Origin: a virus
Strand: one strand, 5' to 3'
IMG/VR virus record: IMGVR_UViG_3300001847_000440
DNA length: 64,000 nt
The position numbers and the translations under genes are program-made. The notes below the pieces were generated by a model. It worked only from the letters and a program-made list of their open reading frames with translations, had not been told where the DNA came from and did not search any database. How positions within the stretch are numbered: position 1 is the stretch's first letter; every line of letters begins with the position of its first letter. Shown piece by piece: positions 28,301 through 38,356 of this stretch.

Positions 28301-28373
28301 TCTTGTAAAAATCTGCTTCTGTTTTTACACCTGCCATTTTAAGAAAGGGGTGCATGCTTGGTTTCTTTTTCAT
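25323..28373 (-). CDS. Cargo protein (1016 aa) with GPxHxxGG/EAEGGE motif and repeated xxGG motifs
   Basis: GPKHSEGGI...VEAEGGE; MEKGG, YRYGG, MEQGG, MAQGG, YYGG; lies in the cargo module. Confidence 0.7.
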   Translation of the reverse strand: MKKKPSMHPFLKMAGVKTEADFYKKYPSDEEFFAAYPQARYGMMMAQEGVSMPDTPLTGDTPIGGAISLPNAPNDARWKSVQPSLDDQMKAKETQPTALPQPNVPPQPDTTQQPGKKEGGSKNKGATKSFDVSTPDLSLGLLEGISSLMPFTKPKQNISPLPMASTEGAYGFGSHAAAEYGMTMEKGGGLTATKARQILHDKTVHGKPLTEKQRKYFGAVASGYAEDGSSMITQVDPSPYTYFRPMTKQMRQKMDTPNYYTAEDGWRSKVPVQQWDYATKLATASNPLYKDYGKMYSVDNWSGLYEKPASAIETQEPVSVIPQIVPKVSPSGFAATGFPTMAEATTNYKTRKASGQGLPANYFAGNREEGVDPISRLRSTGEETYRYGGVVDTSYHPGMEDHMMMDQHPHKMGMMYKPYHHTYTMEQGGIVPMGEQGLQVEGNQYRYLSPQTIELVGPKHSEGGIDIAYNGNVVEAEGGETFHVDNGGMWSGGNMAADGTSMNAGIVGGNLPVPQWLLDKAGVKNKKMKFKDFFADVIAKRENKIAKEKDKVTKLSNSLNQDNQYEAPLKNALYVKADEIAQGGEELNALKSIATQTQNLPLKIGENLGVEPKYVSQMLNKSAKWGKKMAQGGAQIDPIDTSITKNKKPWAVGEFDPNYTPDIKGNYSTPKPYEFDPLKTGVVSEIPEQEHPAWAYKPDGTKMTPEEMQANVEARGKKEESKDKIKGMRNKFRPLDYLPEAMALLSKPEPVQSMQVQSIMEPTYNMSFQNEKNAIQAAYAPALKATRNPAQQAAIAGQMAEQLANVDAKEFQFNQQNKAGILARNLQEMRGVRDTNLKLAMDAIEKTAKAKTMTEEDKFRAAQSIATKEAARRAQNLQLGMYEQYSGWAYNPETKKKWEMLHPGETFDPRTVTPADLDPETVKSKKTQTTTDSKGKKTTKETTEEKGSQYYGGPVAYFGDYIPGINRTYFGGGAVGGGMGHGAGQGMMSGMMASRYSPGGDTSYYEKKKKTKKRKS

Positions 28374-28374
28374 A

Positions 28375-31300
28375 TTAATAGTTTTGTAACCAGTTCTTAG
28401 TTAATTTACCACCTTGTTTGTAATATTTTTTGAAACTAAAATCTGGAACAGTTATTTCTGTATCATCCCAAATATCTGAATAATTCAAATTCTGATCACC
28501 TAGTTTCATATATTCTTCTACTGAAATTGGGTTATTCTTGTATTTTATTTTCAAAGGTGGTAAATCTGTACCAGATAACTGTGAAAGTTTTTGTATTGAT
28601 TTTTGAATATGAGGTATTTGTTCTACTGACTGTGTATAAGAAGATATCTTTTTGTTATTAATGTCTTTTAACCCGTGTTTAACTATAGAATTCATTGGTA
28701 ACTCTCTTACATTGTCAATAGTAACTCTTTTACCAAAAGGAGTTTTTGCATCTAATTTTGGGTCAGCATCTTTTATAAACTTGGCAACACGATTATACCA
28801 TAATGGTGTAGAATAAATACTTGTACTTCCTCTTGTTTCCATTTTTGCCTTTGGCCCTACAATTCTAAAAGCTTCATCAAGTTGTTTACCTGCACTAATT
28901 GGGCTGTCGTTAAAAAAACTAATATTATCAATTTCAGGAAATTCTGGGTCATATTTATCATGTCTTGCTATAAAATGCAATTCCTTTCTTTTTCCTATAT
29001 CTCTTGTACTTGTTGGATCTTCTACAGTTATATTATAATAGTTATTATCTGCCGTTCCATATTTTTCTATTTCAACATTACCTGCATTATTTGCAGCTTT
29101 ATAACGGTACTTTTCAGCTTTATCAAAATCTAATTCTTTTATTGTTTTTCCATGGTCACTTGTTAAATCAATAAACTCTGGTTTTTGATTGTTATAGATA
29201 TGATTTATAACATCATTATTTGTAAAATGATCCATTGCTTGTTGAGGAGTCATTCCTCTATTGTCAAGCATTTCATCAACATATTGTTCTGCTACACTAT
29301 AAGAATTTCTTATACCACCATGACTACGGATATTTTGATAAATATCTTGTGTTAGTCCATATCTAGTTAATGGTGGTTGCTGACTAAGAATTTGTTCTGC
29401 ATGATTATTTGATGTATAAGAATCAAGCAATTCTTCAGGCATATAATTCCCATTTTCATCTATACCAATATTGTCATGAACATAACTACTTGCTGCATCA
29501 GCTGGACTACGATGGCCTCTTGCTCTTAAATCATCTTCTATAGACATTATTACATTTTGTACCTGATTAAAATTAGAAGATGTTTGCCCAGCAGGTTGAT
29601 TAGTAACTACTGGTTCAAATTGATCTGTATAATGACTACTATCTCCAGGTCCATATGCATCTAAAAGATGACTTTCTTCAGCTGTTAATATTCTTTCTGG
29701 ATTAGGACTATGAAATATTCTTCTTGCTTCATTTAGGTTTCTTATATTATCTAGTCCAAGATTAGCCACTCTGCTTACTTCTTCTGCAGCATTTGCAGGT
29801 ACTGAAAGTTTTTCTACACCTTTAAAATATTTTCCTGCACCTTCTGTTAATAAAGCAAGAGCAAGATTTGTAGTAGGACCAACATAAGGCATATAAGAAT
29901 TTTGTTCTTTTGCCTCTTTAGGTGCCTTCATGTAATCAAAAGCTATTTTTGGAAAAAATACTCCTGGATTAAACTCTGCTACTTTATCAGCTATAAAATC
30001 TCCTTTACCTGTCCTTAAAGGATTAGCCTCATCCATTCTTACTCCTAAATCATACAGACGGTCTCTTACACCTCTGCCATACTCATTTGTTTTGTAAAAA
30101 TCAGAACTAAATATAGAAGGGTCCATTTGTGACCTATCTATTGCAGATTGTTTCTTTAAATCTTCTGAAGCTTGCTTTGACTCTTCTATTTCTCTGTATT
30201 TCTTTTTTCTCTGTGTTTTATCAAGTTTTTCTTTTTGAAGCTGTACTCTTCCCTTAGGAGTAGTAGATAATTCCATTGTATGCTGCATATCCCTGTATTG
30301 TTGCAACATAGCAGGATCCATATCAGGATATGGAGATGGTTGCCAATTGGATTGAACTTCTTTTAACTTATTAAGATCCGATGATGACCATCCTTGTTGT
30401 GCTTTATTAACAGCTCCACCAAGCATATAATTTTTTGTAGCCTCATACACAGGTCTAAATGATCTTGTACGTTGAATATTCTCAGGTGTAACTTCTTCTA
30501 AAGAAATAGGAACACTATTTGAGTAACTAACTTTATTTGCAGGTGTACCTGGAGGAGAAACTCTGATCTCTCTTTTAGGAAAACCAACACCTGTTCTTTT
30601 TGTCAGTGGCCCATAAGATTGGTCTAATATCGGGAACATCTCTTTAAATTCTTTTACTCTTCCTTCTAGGTCACTATGTGCTGATTTATAGATATAGTTA
30701 TCAGGAACTTTTTCTCCAGTAAGTTTTATATTTATTCTGTTTTTATCTTTTGCTAAAGCAGCTAATTTTTTATTTAATATTGCAGCTGAGTAGTTACTTA
30801 AACTAGCATCTGCTGGCAATTTTATTCTTGGGAATGCATCTAATACAGTTGCTATTTGATTAGATGCTGCTCTTGGGTCTTCTCCAAATAAATTAATGTC
30901 TGTTACTTTAGGATACTTTTGATGCAAATTTTCTACAGACATATTAAAGTAAGCATTTGGTTTATCTATGTCATACAAATCAATACGGGCTTCTTTTTTA
31001 GAAGGTTTTAATACTTTAACTTTTTGGTTATTAGTTACTCCTACATAAGATTTTTCATGCTGCAAATCTGCAGGATTAAAATTGTCAGGTAAATAGTTAT
31101 TAGTATTGTGGCTAGGAAAATGTTGCTTTGTAGCTTCTTTATTAATAACATTAGGAGCAACTTTTTTACTTTCTATTGCTAATTTTTCTGCTTCTTTTTC
31201 TAGTTGTTTTTCTAATCCAGCAGCTACAAGTTTTTCCTCCGAACCAAGACCTGTGAATTGTGTAGCATCTAATAAAGTAAGTGGTATTGCAGCTAAATAA

Positions 31301-32592
31301 TCTGTTGTGTTTTTTGCATTTTTAAAATGTTTAGCTGTTAAAATATTTTTTGCTGCATCATAATAACCAAGAGGATTAACTATATCTACTGCATTATCAA
31401 AAGATGTTCTTTCTCCTTTTTCAAAATAATCAGGTATAGGCTGCCCTTGTACAGAATAACTGAAAGCAGTGAATGGATTCCTTGCAATAGCACCTGCCTT
31501 TTCCCATTTACCTCTTCTTGGTTGAGCTTCTTTTAAAGTAGATAAATCTTGTTTTTGTTGTATTTCTTCTACTTGCTTTTGCTTGTTATAATTTTGTACT
31601 TGTTGTTGAGTAGATGCAGAAGCAAGTTGCTTGATAGTTTTAGCATTTGGATTATATACACCATCTATGTAATTACCATCCTGTGCTACAGGTACTTCTG
31701 TTACGTAATTAGCATAAGGAAAATAGTATTCACTATTTGGATGCATCAAGGTAGGGTTACCGGTAGAAGGATAAGCCATTACAGAATGTTCAACATCTTG
31801 CATAGTTATCCTATTACTTGGTATAATAAGCATTGGCTCATTCTTATCCGGAGAGTTTTTTTTGTAACCTTGAGTAGATATTTTAGCTCCTTTTTGGGCT
31901 TTTACCTTAGGGCTACTTGGTATCATTAAAGGATCATCCATCTCCCTATTGGTATTCCTTACCATAGCAATCTGTTCATCAGTCATGTTTGGCATGTTCT
32001 GACCATACTTTGCTTTAGATAGTTCTTCCCAGTAGTTACCTACTGTTCCACCCTTTTGTTTTTTAGGTAAAACAAGTTTCACACCTTTTTCCTGGGTTTT
32101 AAAATAATTTTGAAGTTGCTCTTTTCCACCTGCATTTTTTACATTTTGTGGTGTAGCATAAAATACATCTTGGTTATTTTCAAATGCCCATTTACCACCC
32201 GGATTAGAAGGAGTAGCATACATTGATTCACTTGAAAAAGTTATATGATTTGGTTTTTTATAAGTATCTGGTGCATGACCAGTAGGGCTATTTGCAAACT
32301 CCCAAGCTGTTTTAGGGTCATTTAGGTACAATGATTTTAAATCATATCCACTTGTATCATTTTTATATTGGGGAACATGTTTATAATATTCCTCAAAAGA
32401 AATACTTTTTCCATCTTGTGCTTTCTCAGCAGCTCTTATCTTCTTCTCCTGCCTCAACATTTCCTTAGTAGGCTTCTTACCAGAACCAGCATTGGCCCGG
32501 ATATTATCCCATAACCCTCTTTGAGAGTAGGAACCATCTGCTCTCTTTATCATACCACCTTGTGCATATTGCTCTAACCAACCTTTTTTCAT
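28375..32592 (-). CDS. Cargo protein (1405 aa), modular, directly after the muzzle gene
   Basis: Translationally coupled to the muzzle gene (TAATG); repeated AQGG/AQDG/QKGG/AQQG motifs; WLxxY at both termini. Confidence 0.75.
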   Translation of the reverse strand: MKKGWLEQYAQGGMIKRADGSYSQRGLWDNIRANAGSGKKPTKEMLRQEKKIRAAEKAQDGKSISFEEYYKHVPQYKNDTSGYDLKSLYLNDPKTAWEFANSPTGHAPDTYKKPNHITFSSESMYATPSNPGGKWAFENNQDVFYATPQNVKNAGGKEQLQNYFKTQEKGVKLVLPKKQKGGTVGNYWEELSKAKYGQNMPNMTDEQIAMVRNTNREMDDPLMIPSSPKVKAQKGAKISTQGYKKNSPDKNEPMLIIPSNRITMQDVEHSVMAYPSTGNPTLMHPNSEYYFPYANYVTEVPVAQDGNYIDGVYNPNAKTIKQLASASTQQQVQNYNKQKQVEEIQQKQDLSTLKEAQPRRGKWEKAGAIARNPFTAFSYSVQGQPIPDYFEKGERTSFDNAVDIVNPLGYYDAAKNILTAKHFKNAKNTTDYLAAIPLTLLDATQFTGLGSEEKLVAAGLEKQLEKEAEKLAIESKKVAPNVINKEATKQHFPSHNTNNYLPDNFNPADLQHEKSYVGVTNNQKVKVLKPSKKEARIDLYDIDKPNAYFNMSVENLHQKYPKVTDINLFGEDPRAASNQIATVLDAFPRIKLPADASLSNYSAAILNKKLAALAKDKNRINIKLTGEKVPDNYIYKSAHSDLEGRVKEFKEMFPILDQSYGPLTKRTGVGFPKREIRVSPPGTPANKVSYSNSVPISLEEVTPENIQRTRSFRPVYEATKNYMLGGAVNKAQQGWSSSDLNKLKEVQSNWQPSPYPDMDPAMLQQYRDMQHTMELSTTPKGRVQLQKEKLDKTQRKKKYREIEESKQASEDLKKQSAIDRSQMDPSIFSSDFYKTNEYGRGVRDRLYDLGVRMDEANPLRTGKGDFIADKVAEFNPGVFFPKIAFDYMKAPKEAKEQNSYMPYVGPTTNLALALLTEGAGKYFKGVEKLSVPANAAEEVSRVANLGLDNIRNLNEARRIFHSPNPERILTAEESHLLDAYGPGDSSHYTDQFEPVVTNQPAGQTSSNFNQVQNVIMSIEDDLRARGHRSPADAASSYVHDNIGIDENGNYMPEELLDSYTSNNHAEQILSQQPPLTRYGLTQDIYQNIRSHGGIRNSYSVAEQYVDEMLDNRGMTPQQAMDHFTNNDVINHIYNNQKPEFIDLTSDHGKTIKELDFDKAEKYRYKAANNAGNVEIEKYGTADNNYYNITVEDPTSTRDIGKRKELHFIARHDKYDPEFPEIDNISFFNDSPISAGKQLDEAFRIVGPKAKMETRGSTSIYSTPLWYNRVAKFIKDADPKLDAKTPFGKRVTIDNVRELPMNSIVKHGLKDINNKKISSYTQSVEQIPHIQKSIQKLSQLSGTDLPPLKIKYKNNPISVEEYMKLGDQNLNYSDIWDDTEITVPDFSFKKYYKQGGKLTKNWLQNY

Positions 32593-35500
32593 TACCCAAT
32601 CATATTTTGAGTCTTAGTAATTACAAACTTGCTCAGTATTTTAAAATCAGTATTCTCCTTATTAAGGATGTGTCTGACCTTTGTATCTTTTGCTCTAAGT
32701 GGATACTTTTTAAACGATGAGTTTGTGTACTCAAAGTTACTACTATTTAGTTCTTTTCCACCTGTTTCAGGTGAGCATGTATTTGTCCACTGTGTAGAGT
32801 TAGGCACCTTGAGATTATTCCAAATCATGTTGTAAGACATAAGATGATCTACTTTGCTCACAAGTATGTCTATGGAATTGGTATTGTACTTTGGATAAGA
32901 AATGTACTGTGACATGTTATTGATATCCTTTGGTACAAGATTCATTAAACCGGTAGAAGCCTGCTTGTTGTAAACAACTGACTGTGTAAAATACAAAGTT
33001 TCATCCGGCTCATAGTAATTATCAAAGTCCTCGTACTTTAGTATTGTGACATATTCTTCCACATATTGTAACAATTGGTCAAGATACTTGTAAGAAAAAG
33101 GATACTCTATGATGTATGGGTAATCAGTTCCAAAGAAATTATTGAAAAGATTATATGTATTATTATGATCCCATACTGTGCATATAGTACTGTTCTTGCC
33201 GGCCTGGAAATAATCAGGTGACTCATTATAGAAGTTAGGCAGGTAAGAGTGCCAGCTAATCCAACTATTGGAAAGGAAACTGAAACTCATTGTCCAAGAC
33301 TTGTTACAGAAATACTCTTTGTTATCCAAGAAGACTACTTTTTTATTAGTAACATTCATCTCACTTACACATGGTATAGGTGGTACTGTTATCTCTAAGT
33401 TCTCTAAGAACTTACACTCATTTACAAGTGGGTAGTACTGATACCCTTCTGGGCAGCATGTTACCTCACCAGTTGGGCCTACACCAGTAATTGTTTCTTC
33501 TATGTAAAAATTAGTACCATCATACTTAACTCCTTCTGTAGGTAAGTAGTCTATCTTAGTGATAATCAACCTTTTATAAAAGTCATCATATACACCATGA
33601 AGACCTATACCATTAAAATTATTATCTGTTGGTACAGTAGGGAATACTTTGATGATATTGAATGGAAGGTTATTCTGGAACCATTTTGAGTTTAAATACT
33701 TAGGCCCGGATAACTCCTCTACTGCAGTACCTTTTAGTACTATTACCTGGCCCCGGATAGCATCTACAAATATGTGGCCATGCTCTGTAGATAACAACAT
33801 CTTGTTTTGAGATCCTGCATACCCAGAATTAGTAATGTTCAGGTCTATAGCTTGTGTACCTGAAAACAAAGCCCCGGTGCCCAAAGAAGCATTTATAGCT
33901 GTAGTTTCTATAGTAGCCTGTACGTTGTATAACTGACTATGATTGGTGTACCTGATAAGTACAGCTCTGGTTTCTAACCTGTCCATAGCAACAAGTGTAC
34001 CGAATGACTTAGGAAAATCATAGAAGTCAGCCGGCTTATACACAAGCCAGTTGTTTCTTGTTTGTTCCATATCAGACATCTGGCTCCAGACAGCCCGGTT
34101 ATTGTAAGTAATGTAGCAAGTCTGGTTTGGTTGCCAGTCAGGTCTCAAAGTAGTAAAAGCAGTTTCATGGTTCTGCTTACTATAGGTTTTGTTGTAGGTG
34201 TATGTGTTGTCAAAAGCAATAGGCACATTTGTTTCCTGTAACCAATCATCAGGTATGTCTGTAGCTACATTAGGGTAAAAGTTACCTTCTTTGATGTTGT
34301 ATGCCTGCCTCATGTCCACATTTACTTCTGACTCACAGAAGTAGTATGGTATACCATAAGCATACAGGTAAGCCATTCCTTTCTCATAAAAGTCATCATA
34401 ATTGGCACATTCAAGGTTTGTTATTTTAATACCAATTGAAGTCAAAAGGGCATCTTTTATAAGGACAAACATAAGGTTTGTTATAGTTATCATGCCCCAA
34501 AAAGAACCAGATACTAAATTAGCAATTATTCCAGGAGCAGTAAAATTACTCATAAACAAATCTACTGCATTGTTTATATCAGTAAGATTAGGAACAATAA
34601 TGTTTGTGGTTGAATAATACCATATTGGGTATCCTACATTGCCGGTATTAGTTTGTGACCTTGCATCCTGATTATAGTCTATATCAAATCCATCTGGTTT
34701 GTTTACAGTAGATTTTAAAAAGAATGGATGCTTTATTTTTAGCCCAAACCTATTGATGAAACAATCTCCACCATACACAATAGGAAAGTCTGTAAGCACA
34801 TTGCCGGCAGTATCATATAGTACTCCATAGGCACCGGTATCTATTGGATTATAAGAAAAGATAGTACCATATTGACTTGGTAATATTCTTTTTATAGAGC
34901 CATAATAGGATGAGATATTTCTATAGAAAGGCTGAGATGAGTTACATACATTTGCTCCAAATGCAGAGTTTGCAGTAGTCCTAGATTTATCAACTGGTAT
35001 CCCCAGATTATGCCCATTAATGTCTACCTGCTCATGTGTGAAAGGTAAGTTATTGCTAACTGATACAAAGACAGAAGATTCTCTTCCTGTATTGTTAATA
35101 GAATAAACATCACCAAATGAGCCCTGTAAACCAGAATTGATATATCCACCATATTGTATAAACCTTATTTTTTCTCCTACATCAGTAGGTATTGTAGTTG
35201 ATGTTGTGTATGTTCCTACACCATTATATTGCCACCCATAGTTGTACCATGGGATAAGTTTGTTTACTATATCCAGCATTGTATTGAATGCCGGGAAAAA
35301 GTTTTGAGGCTGTATTGTAGGAGTTATAGAAGTAGTGATACCTCCAGTAATACCAGCAGTAATTGAAAAAGAAAAATTAAGTCCTATAGTAGAAAAAATA
35401 CCTGCAGCTAATGCAAGATCTAAGTCTTTCTTTGTCATTAACTTTTCACCAGCATTATCTTTTACAGGTACAAAGTGAGATTTACATTGGCCACTTTCTG

Positions 35501-37415
35501 CTGTTTCCAAATACAAAAGACTATCCTGTATACCTGAAGGTTGATAAAAATGTGTATCAGGAGAATGAAAAGTAAATCTGTTTCTTTGAAAATCTTTTAA
35601 CCAGTCATTGGCATGTGGGCCTGTCTTGTCATCAACAGGTACAGAAGAGATGAATTGATCCGGCCGTACATCATTAAATGGGTAGTTAGGGTAGAAATAA
35701 TCTGTACCCTGTTTATTGTAATGCCCCATATTAAACAACATGCCCTTTGCAACAATACTTCTATCTGCTGCCCGGTCTGACCTCATTATCTTAAATCCTA
35801 CAATAGATCTTTTCTGTGTTGCTGTAAGATATGTAGAGCTTTGTATTGCATTATACAAAGATTGTACATCAATTTTAAAACCTATTGGATATATATAAGC
35901 ACCGTTATCACTGTATATAGGTGCTACTGCACAGTCAGGAAATTTATGGTGCCTTATTGGTTGATTGGCCAAAGCTCCCCAAATAGCTGTATTAGCAGGA
36001 TACAATTCTTCTGATTCCCAGTAAGACATTGTTCCATACTGCCATGGCTTTATACCGGTACAAAGTTCTGCTGATCCAGGTAAAGGAACACCCTCAGATG
36101 CTGTGTTGTACACTTTCCATCTTGGTAATACTTTTGGTGGGCAAGTGATTGCTTCTACTGCAGAAGAGTCTGCATTAAATACAGGTACAAGATCAGCAGG
36201 TGTAGAAAGTCTTCCAGGTATGTGACACCTTGTAGTTTCTTTACCATTGCTGAGTAGGAAACATCCTTCTAAGGCATACACCTCATCTCTGAAATATCCT
36301 TTTACTTCAGCACACTCTACTCCATTATGGTAACCTATTTTTTGGCCAGTAGGCATTTGAGAGGTAGCCCAAAATACATTTACCTGGCTCCATATGCTTT
36401 GGTAGCTTATATCTTCTTCTCTAACAAGATCAACCCAGACAATTTTATTATCTACCTGGGCCAGGTCACCTGCTATGTCATAATAATCATTCTGCAACAG
36501 AACCTCTTCAAGAGTAAGTTTTATGTTAGCATTACTCTGTTCACCACCGGTGTATACATGATTATAAGTACTGCCCATTATGAAGTAAGTACCCATCAAG
36601 TCTACAGATGTAACAGCATTAATAGTTTTGATAACAGCCAGATTAAAATACTGGTACAAACCAGTAGTATCCAGGTTTGTTATGTCTACAGATATTGCAT
36701 AGTTGGTTTGTAAATTATAGTCAGCTGATATCTTTGACTCTAAAAATATACTCACCGGATTTGTAACAGAGTAAAAAGAAGTAAGGCCATTGCCATTTAT
36801 ATCTGCATATTGAATAGCAAACTGATAAACACCTTCTATCAAAGACCCACCTATGGATATAGAGGAAGGTGTTATATCAGGAATAGAGAATAGGGGCTGC
36901 ACCTCCATTTTGTTGGTATCTATCTGGTTTGTTGTACCAGTCTTCCAAGGAAGATTACCAAGATCTATATACCGTCTGTGATTAAATTTGTCTGTCCAGT
37001 AAAGTTCTGTAGAACAATTAGTAGTCTTGACTTCTACTTTATGAATAGGGTGGTCAATATTAAAATCCAATGGGTCACTGCCAGGTACAGAGTCATCCAA
37101 TACAGGAATAAATGTACATGTGTTCTCTGCTACATATCCTATGTAAGAATACCCGGTAATAGGATTAGTAAGGAAATACCAAGTCTGCCCCAGCTGAATA
37201 ATGTTTTTTAGTCCTATGCATTTATAACCATCTGGCATTGTAACACACAATATACTTCCTTCCTCATTTTGGTAGGTTACACCATGCCCATCAAAAGAAC
37301 TATTAACAGCATTAAGTGCATCAGTAACATAGCCGGGCTGAATCTGACTAATAATATTGTCAGTATTAAGTCCTGCCTGTGCTCTGTTATCATTTATGTT
37401 TTGGTTACTTGCCAT
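32592..37415 (-). CDS. Tail muzzle/nozzle ('stabilization') protein (1607 aa)
   Basis: N-terminal GLNTD...DALN, YFRDEVYA, size, and position between ring and cargo genes match crAss-like muzzle proteins. Confidence 0.8.
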   Translation of the reverse strand: MASNQNINDNRAQAGLNTDNIISQIQPGYVTDALNAVNSSFDGHGVTYQNEEGSILCVTMPDGYKCIGLKNIIQLGQTWYFLTNPITGYSYIGYVAENTCTFIPVLDDSVPGSDPLDFNIDHPIHKVEVKTTNCSTELYWTDKFNHRRYIDLGNLPWKTGTTNQIDTNKMEVQPLFSIPDITPSSISIGGSLIEGVYQFAIQYADINGNGLTSFYSVTNPVSIFLESKISADYNLQTNYAISVDITNLDTTGLYQYFNLAVIKTINAVTSVDLMGTYFIMGSTYNHVYTGGEQSNANIKLTLEEVLLQNDYYDIAGDLAQVDNKIVWVDLVREEDISYQSIWSQVNVFWATSQMPTGQKIGYHNGVECAEVKGYFRDEVYALEGCFLLSNGKETTRCHIPGRLSTPADLVPVFNADSSAVEAITCPPKVLPRWKVYNTASEGVPLPGSAELCTGIKPWQYGTMSYWESEELYPANTAIWGALANQPIRHHKFPDCAVAPIYSDNGAYIYPIGFKIDVQSLYNAIQSSTYLTATQKRSIVGFKIMRSDRAADRSIVAKGMLFNMGHYNKQGTDYFYPNYPFNDVRPDQFISSVPVDDKTGPHANDWLKDFQRNRFTFHSPDTHFYQPSGIQDSLLYLETAESGQCKSHFVPVKDNAGEKLMTKKDLDLALAAGIFSTIGLNFSFSITAGITGGITTSITPTIQPQNFFPAFNTMLDIVNKLIPWYNYGWQYNGVGTYTTSTTIPTDVGEKIRFIQYGGYINSGLQGSFGDVYSINNTGRESSVFVSVSNNLPFTHEQVDINGHNLGIPVDKSRTTANSAFGANVCNSSQPFYRNISSYYGSIKRILPSQYGTIFSYNPIDTGAYGVLYDTAGNVLTDFPIVYGGDCFINRFGLKIKHPFFLKSTVNKPDGFDIDYNQDARSQTNTGNVGYPIWYYSTTNIIVPNLTDINNAVDLFMSNFTAPGIIANLVSGSFWGMITITNLMFVLIKDALLTSIGIKITNLECANYDDFYEKGMAYLYAYGIPYYFCESEVNVDMRQAYNIKEGNFYPNVATDIPDDWLQETNVPIAFDNTYTYNKTYSKQNHETAFTTLRPDWQPNQTCYITYNNRAVWSQMSDMEQTRNNWLVYKPADFYDFPKSFGTLVAMDRLETRAVLIRYTNHSQLYNVQATIETTAINASLGTGALFSGTQAIDLNITNSGYAGSQNKMLLSTEHGHIFVDAIRGQVIVLKGTAVEELSGPKYLNSKWFQNNLPFNIIKVFPTVPTDNNFNGIGLHGVYDDFYKRLIITKIDYLPTEGVKYDGTNFYIEETITGVGPTGEVTCCPEGYQYYPLVNECKFLENLEITVPPIPCVSEMNVTNKKVVFLDNKEYFCNKSWTMSFSFLSNSWISWHSYLPNFYNESPDYFQAGKNSTICTVWDHNNTYNLFNNFFGTDYPYIIEYPFSYKYLDQLLQYVEEYVTILKYEDFDNYYEPDETLYFTQSVVYNKQASTGLMNLVPKDINNMSQYISYPKYNTNSIDILVSKVDHLMSYNMIWNNLKVPNSTQWTNTCSPETGGKELNSSNFEYTNSSFKKYPLRAKDTKVRHILNKENTDFKILSKFVITKTQNMIG

Positions 37416-37417
37416 AC

Positions 37418-38356
37418 TTACCTGATCTTGAACCGGTTATTTCTATTGTAACTTCTGATTATTGCTTTCTGTGCATCATATATATCCCCATTGACAGCAT
37501 AGTTTCTTGCATTGATATATGCAACATCTGATTCAGATTGTGCCAGTTGATACTTCTCAGCTATCTGCTTAAAAGACTCATCTGTGCTCTGGTCAAACAA
37601 TTGTCTGTACACCATCATTCTCAGGTAAAAGTACAAGTACTTTTGAAAAGGATCATTGTCAGGTATCATATAATACCCGGCATCCGGCCCTTCATCCTCA
37701 GGTACAATAGCATGGTCTGCAAAATATGCAAGATATATAGTGCCCTGGGCAAATGAAGTAACTAAATGGTCTCCTACAATATCAAATGTATCTATATTAT
37801 ATGCATCAAGATTGGGACAATCATTTGCACACCTGCCTATAGTTTTAAAGTTTCCTGGCTTCAGCATACCTGTAACATGGAACCGGAACATCATTTGCTC
37901 CATAACCTTGTGTGTTACTATATACTCTGGTGGTACCCCACATAAAGAAGGAAGTGCTACAGGTGTAGGTGTTTGTCCTGGAGGCATGCATTGGTATCCC
38001 GGCACACAATCTGTACAGGTAGTATTTGAATCATAAGAAGGTGAAGGATCTATTCTACAATCAGTCTGATAGTAAAACACATGAGGAGAAGTTACCGGGC
38101 CCTTATCATAAGTAAAGGTTACCCATACTTCTCTTACTCCTTTAAAGTCACATGGTAGTTTACATTTGTGATTGTACATATCAAGTACTGCCTGCTGTAA
38201 TGGCAGGTAAGTGTATTCAAATTTATCCAGACAATCTTTAGTCCATATAGGAAACAACAAGTCATCAATAGCACCTGTGTTAAAGTAAGATCTCATCTCT
38301 TCTTTAACCCTTGCATATATCTGGGCCGGTGATATTAATTTATTTTTAGTACTCAT
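37418..38356 (-). CDS. Tail ring/tubular (adaptor) protein (312 aa)
   Basis: ISPAQIYARVKEEM, CKLPCDF, IYLAY, YMIPD; directly upstream of the muzzle gene. Confidence 0.7.
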   Translation of the reverse strand: MSTKNKLISPAQIYARVKEEMRSYFNTGAIDDLLFPIWTKDCLDKFEYTYLPLQQAVLDMYNHKCKLPCDFKGVREVWVTFTYDKGPVTSPHVFYYQTDCRIDPSPSYDSNTTCTDCVPGYQCMPPGQTPTPVALPSLCGVPPEYIVTHKVMEQMMFRFHVTGMLKPGNFKTIGRCANDCPNLDAYNIDTFDIVGDHLVTSFAQGTIYLAYFADHAIVPEDEGPDAGYYMIPDNDPFQKYLYFYLRMMVYRQLFDQSTDESFKQIAEKYQLAQSESDVAYINARNYAVNGDIYDAQKAIIRSYNRNNRFKIR

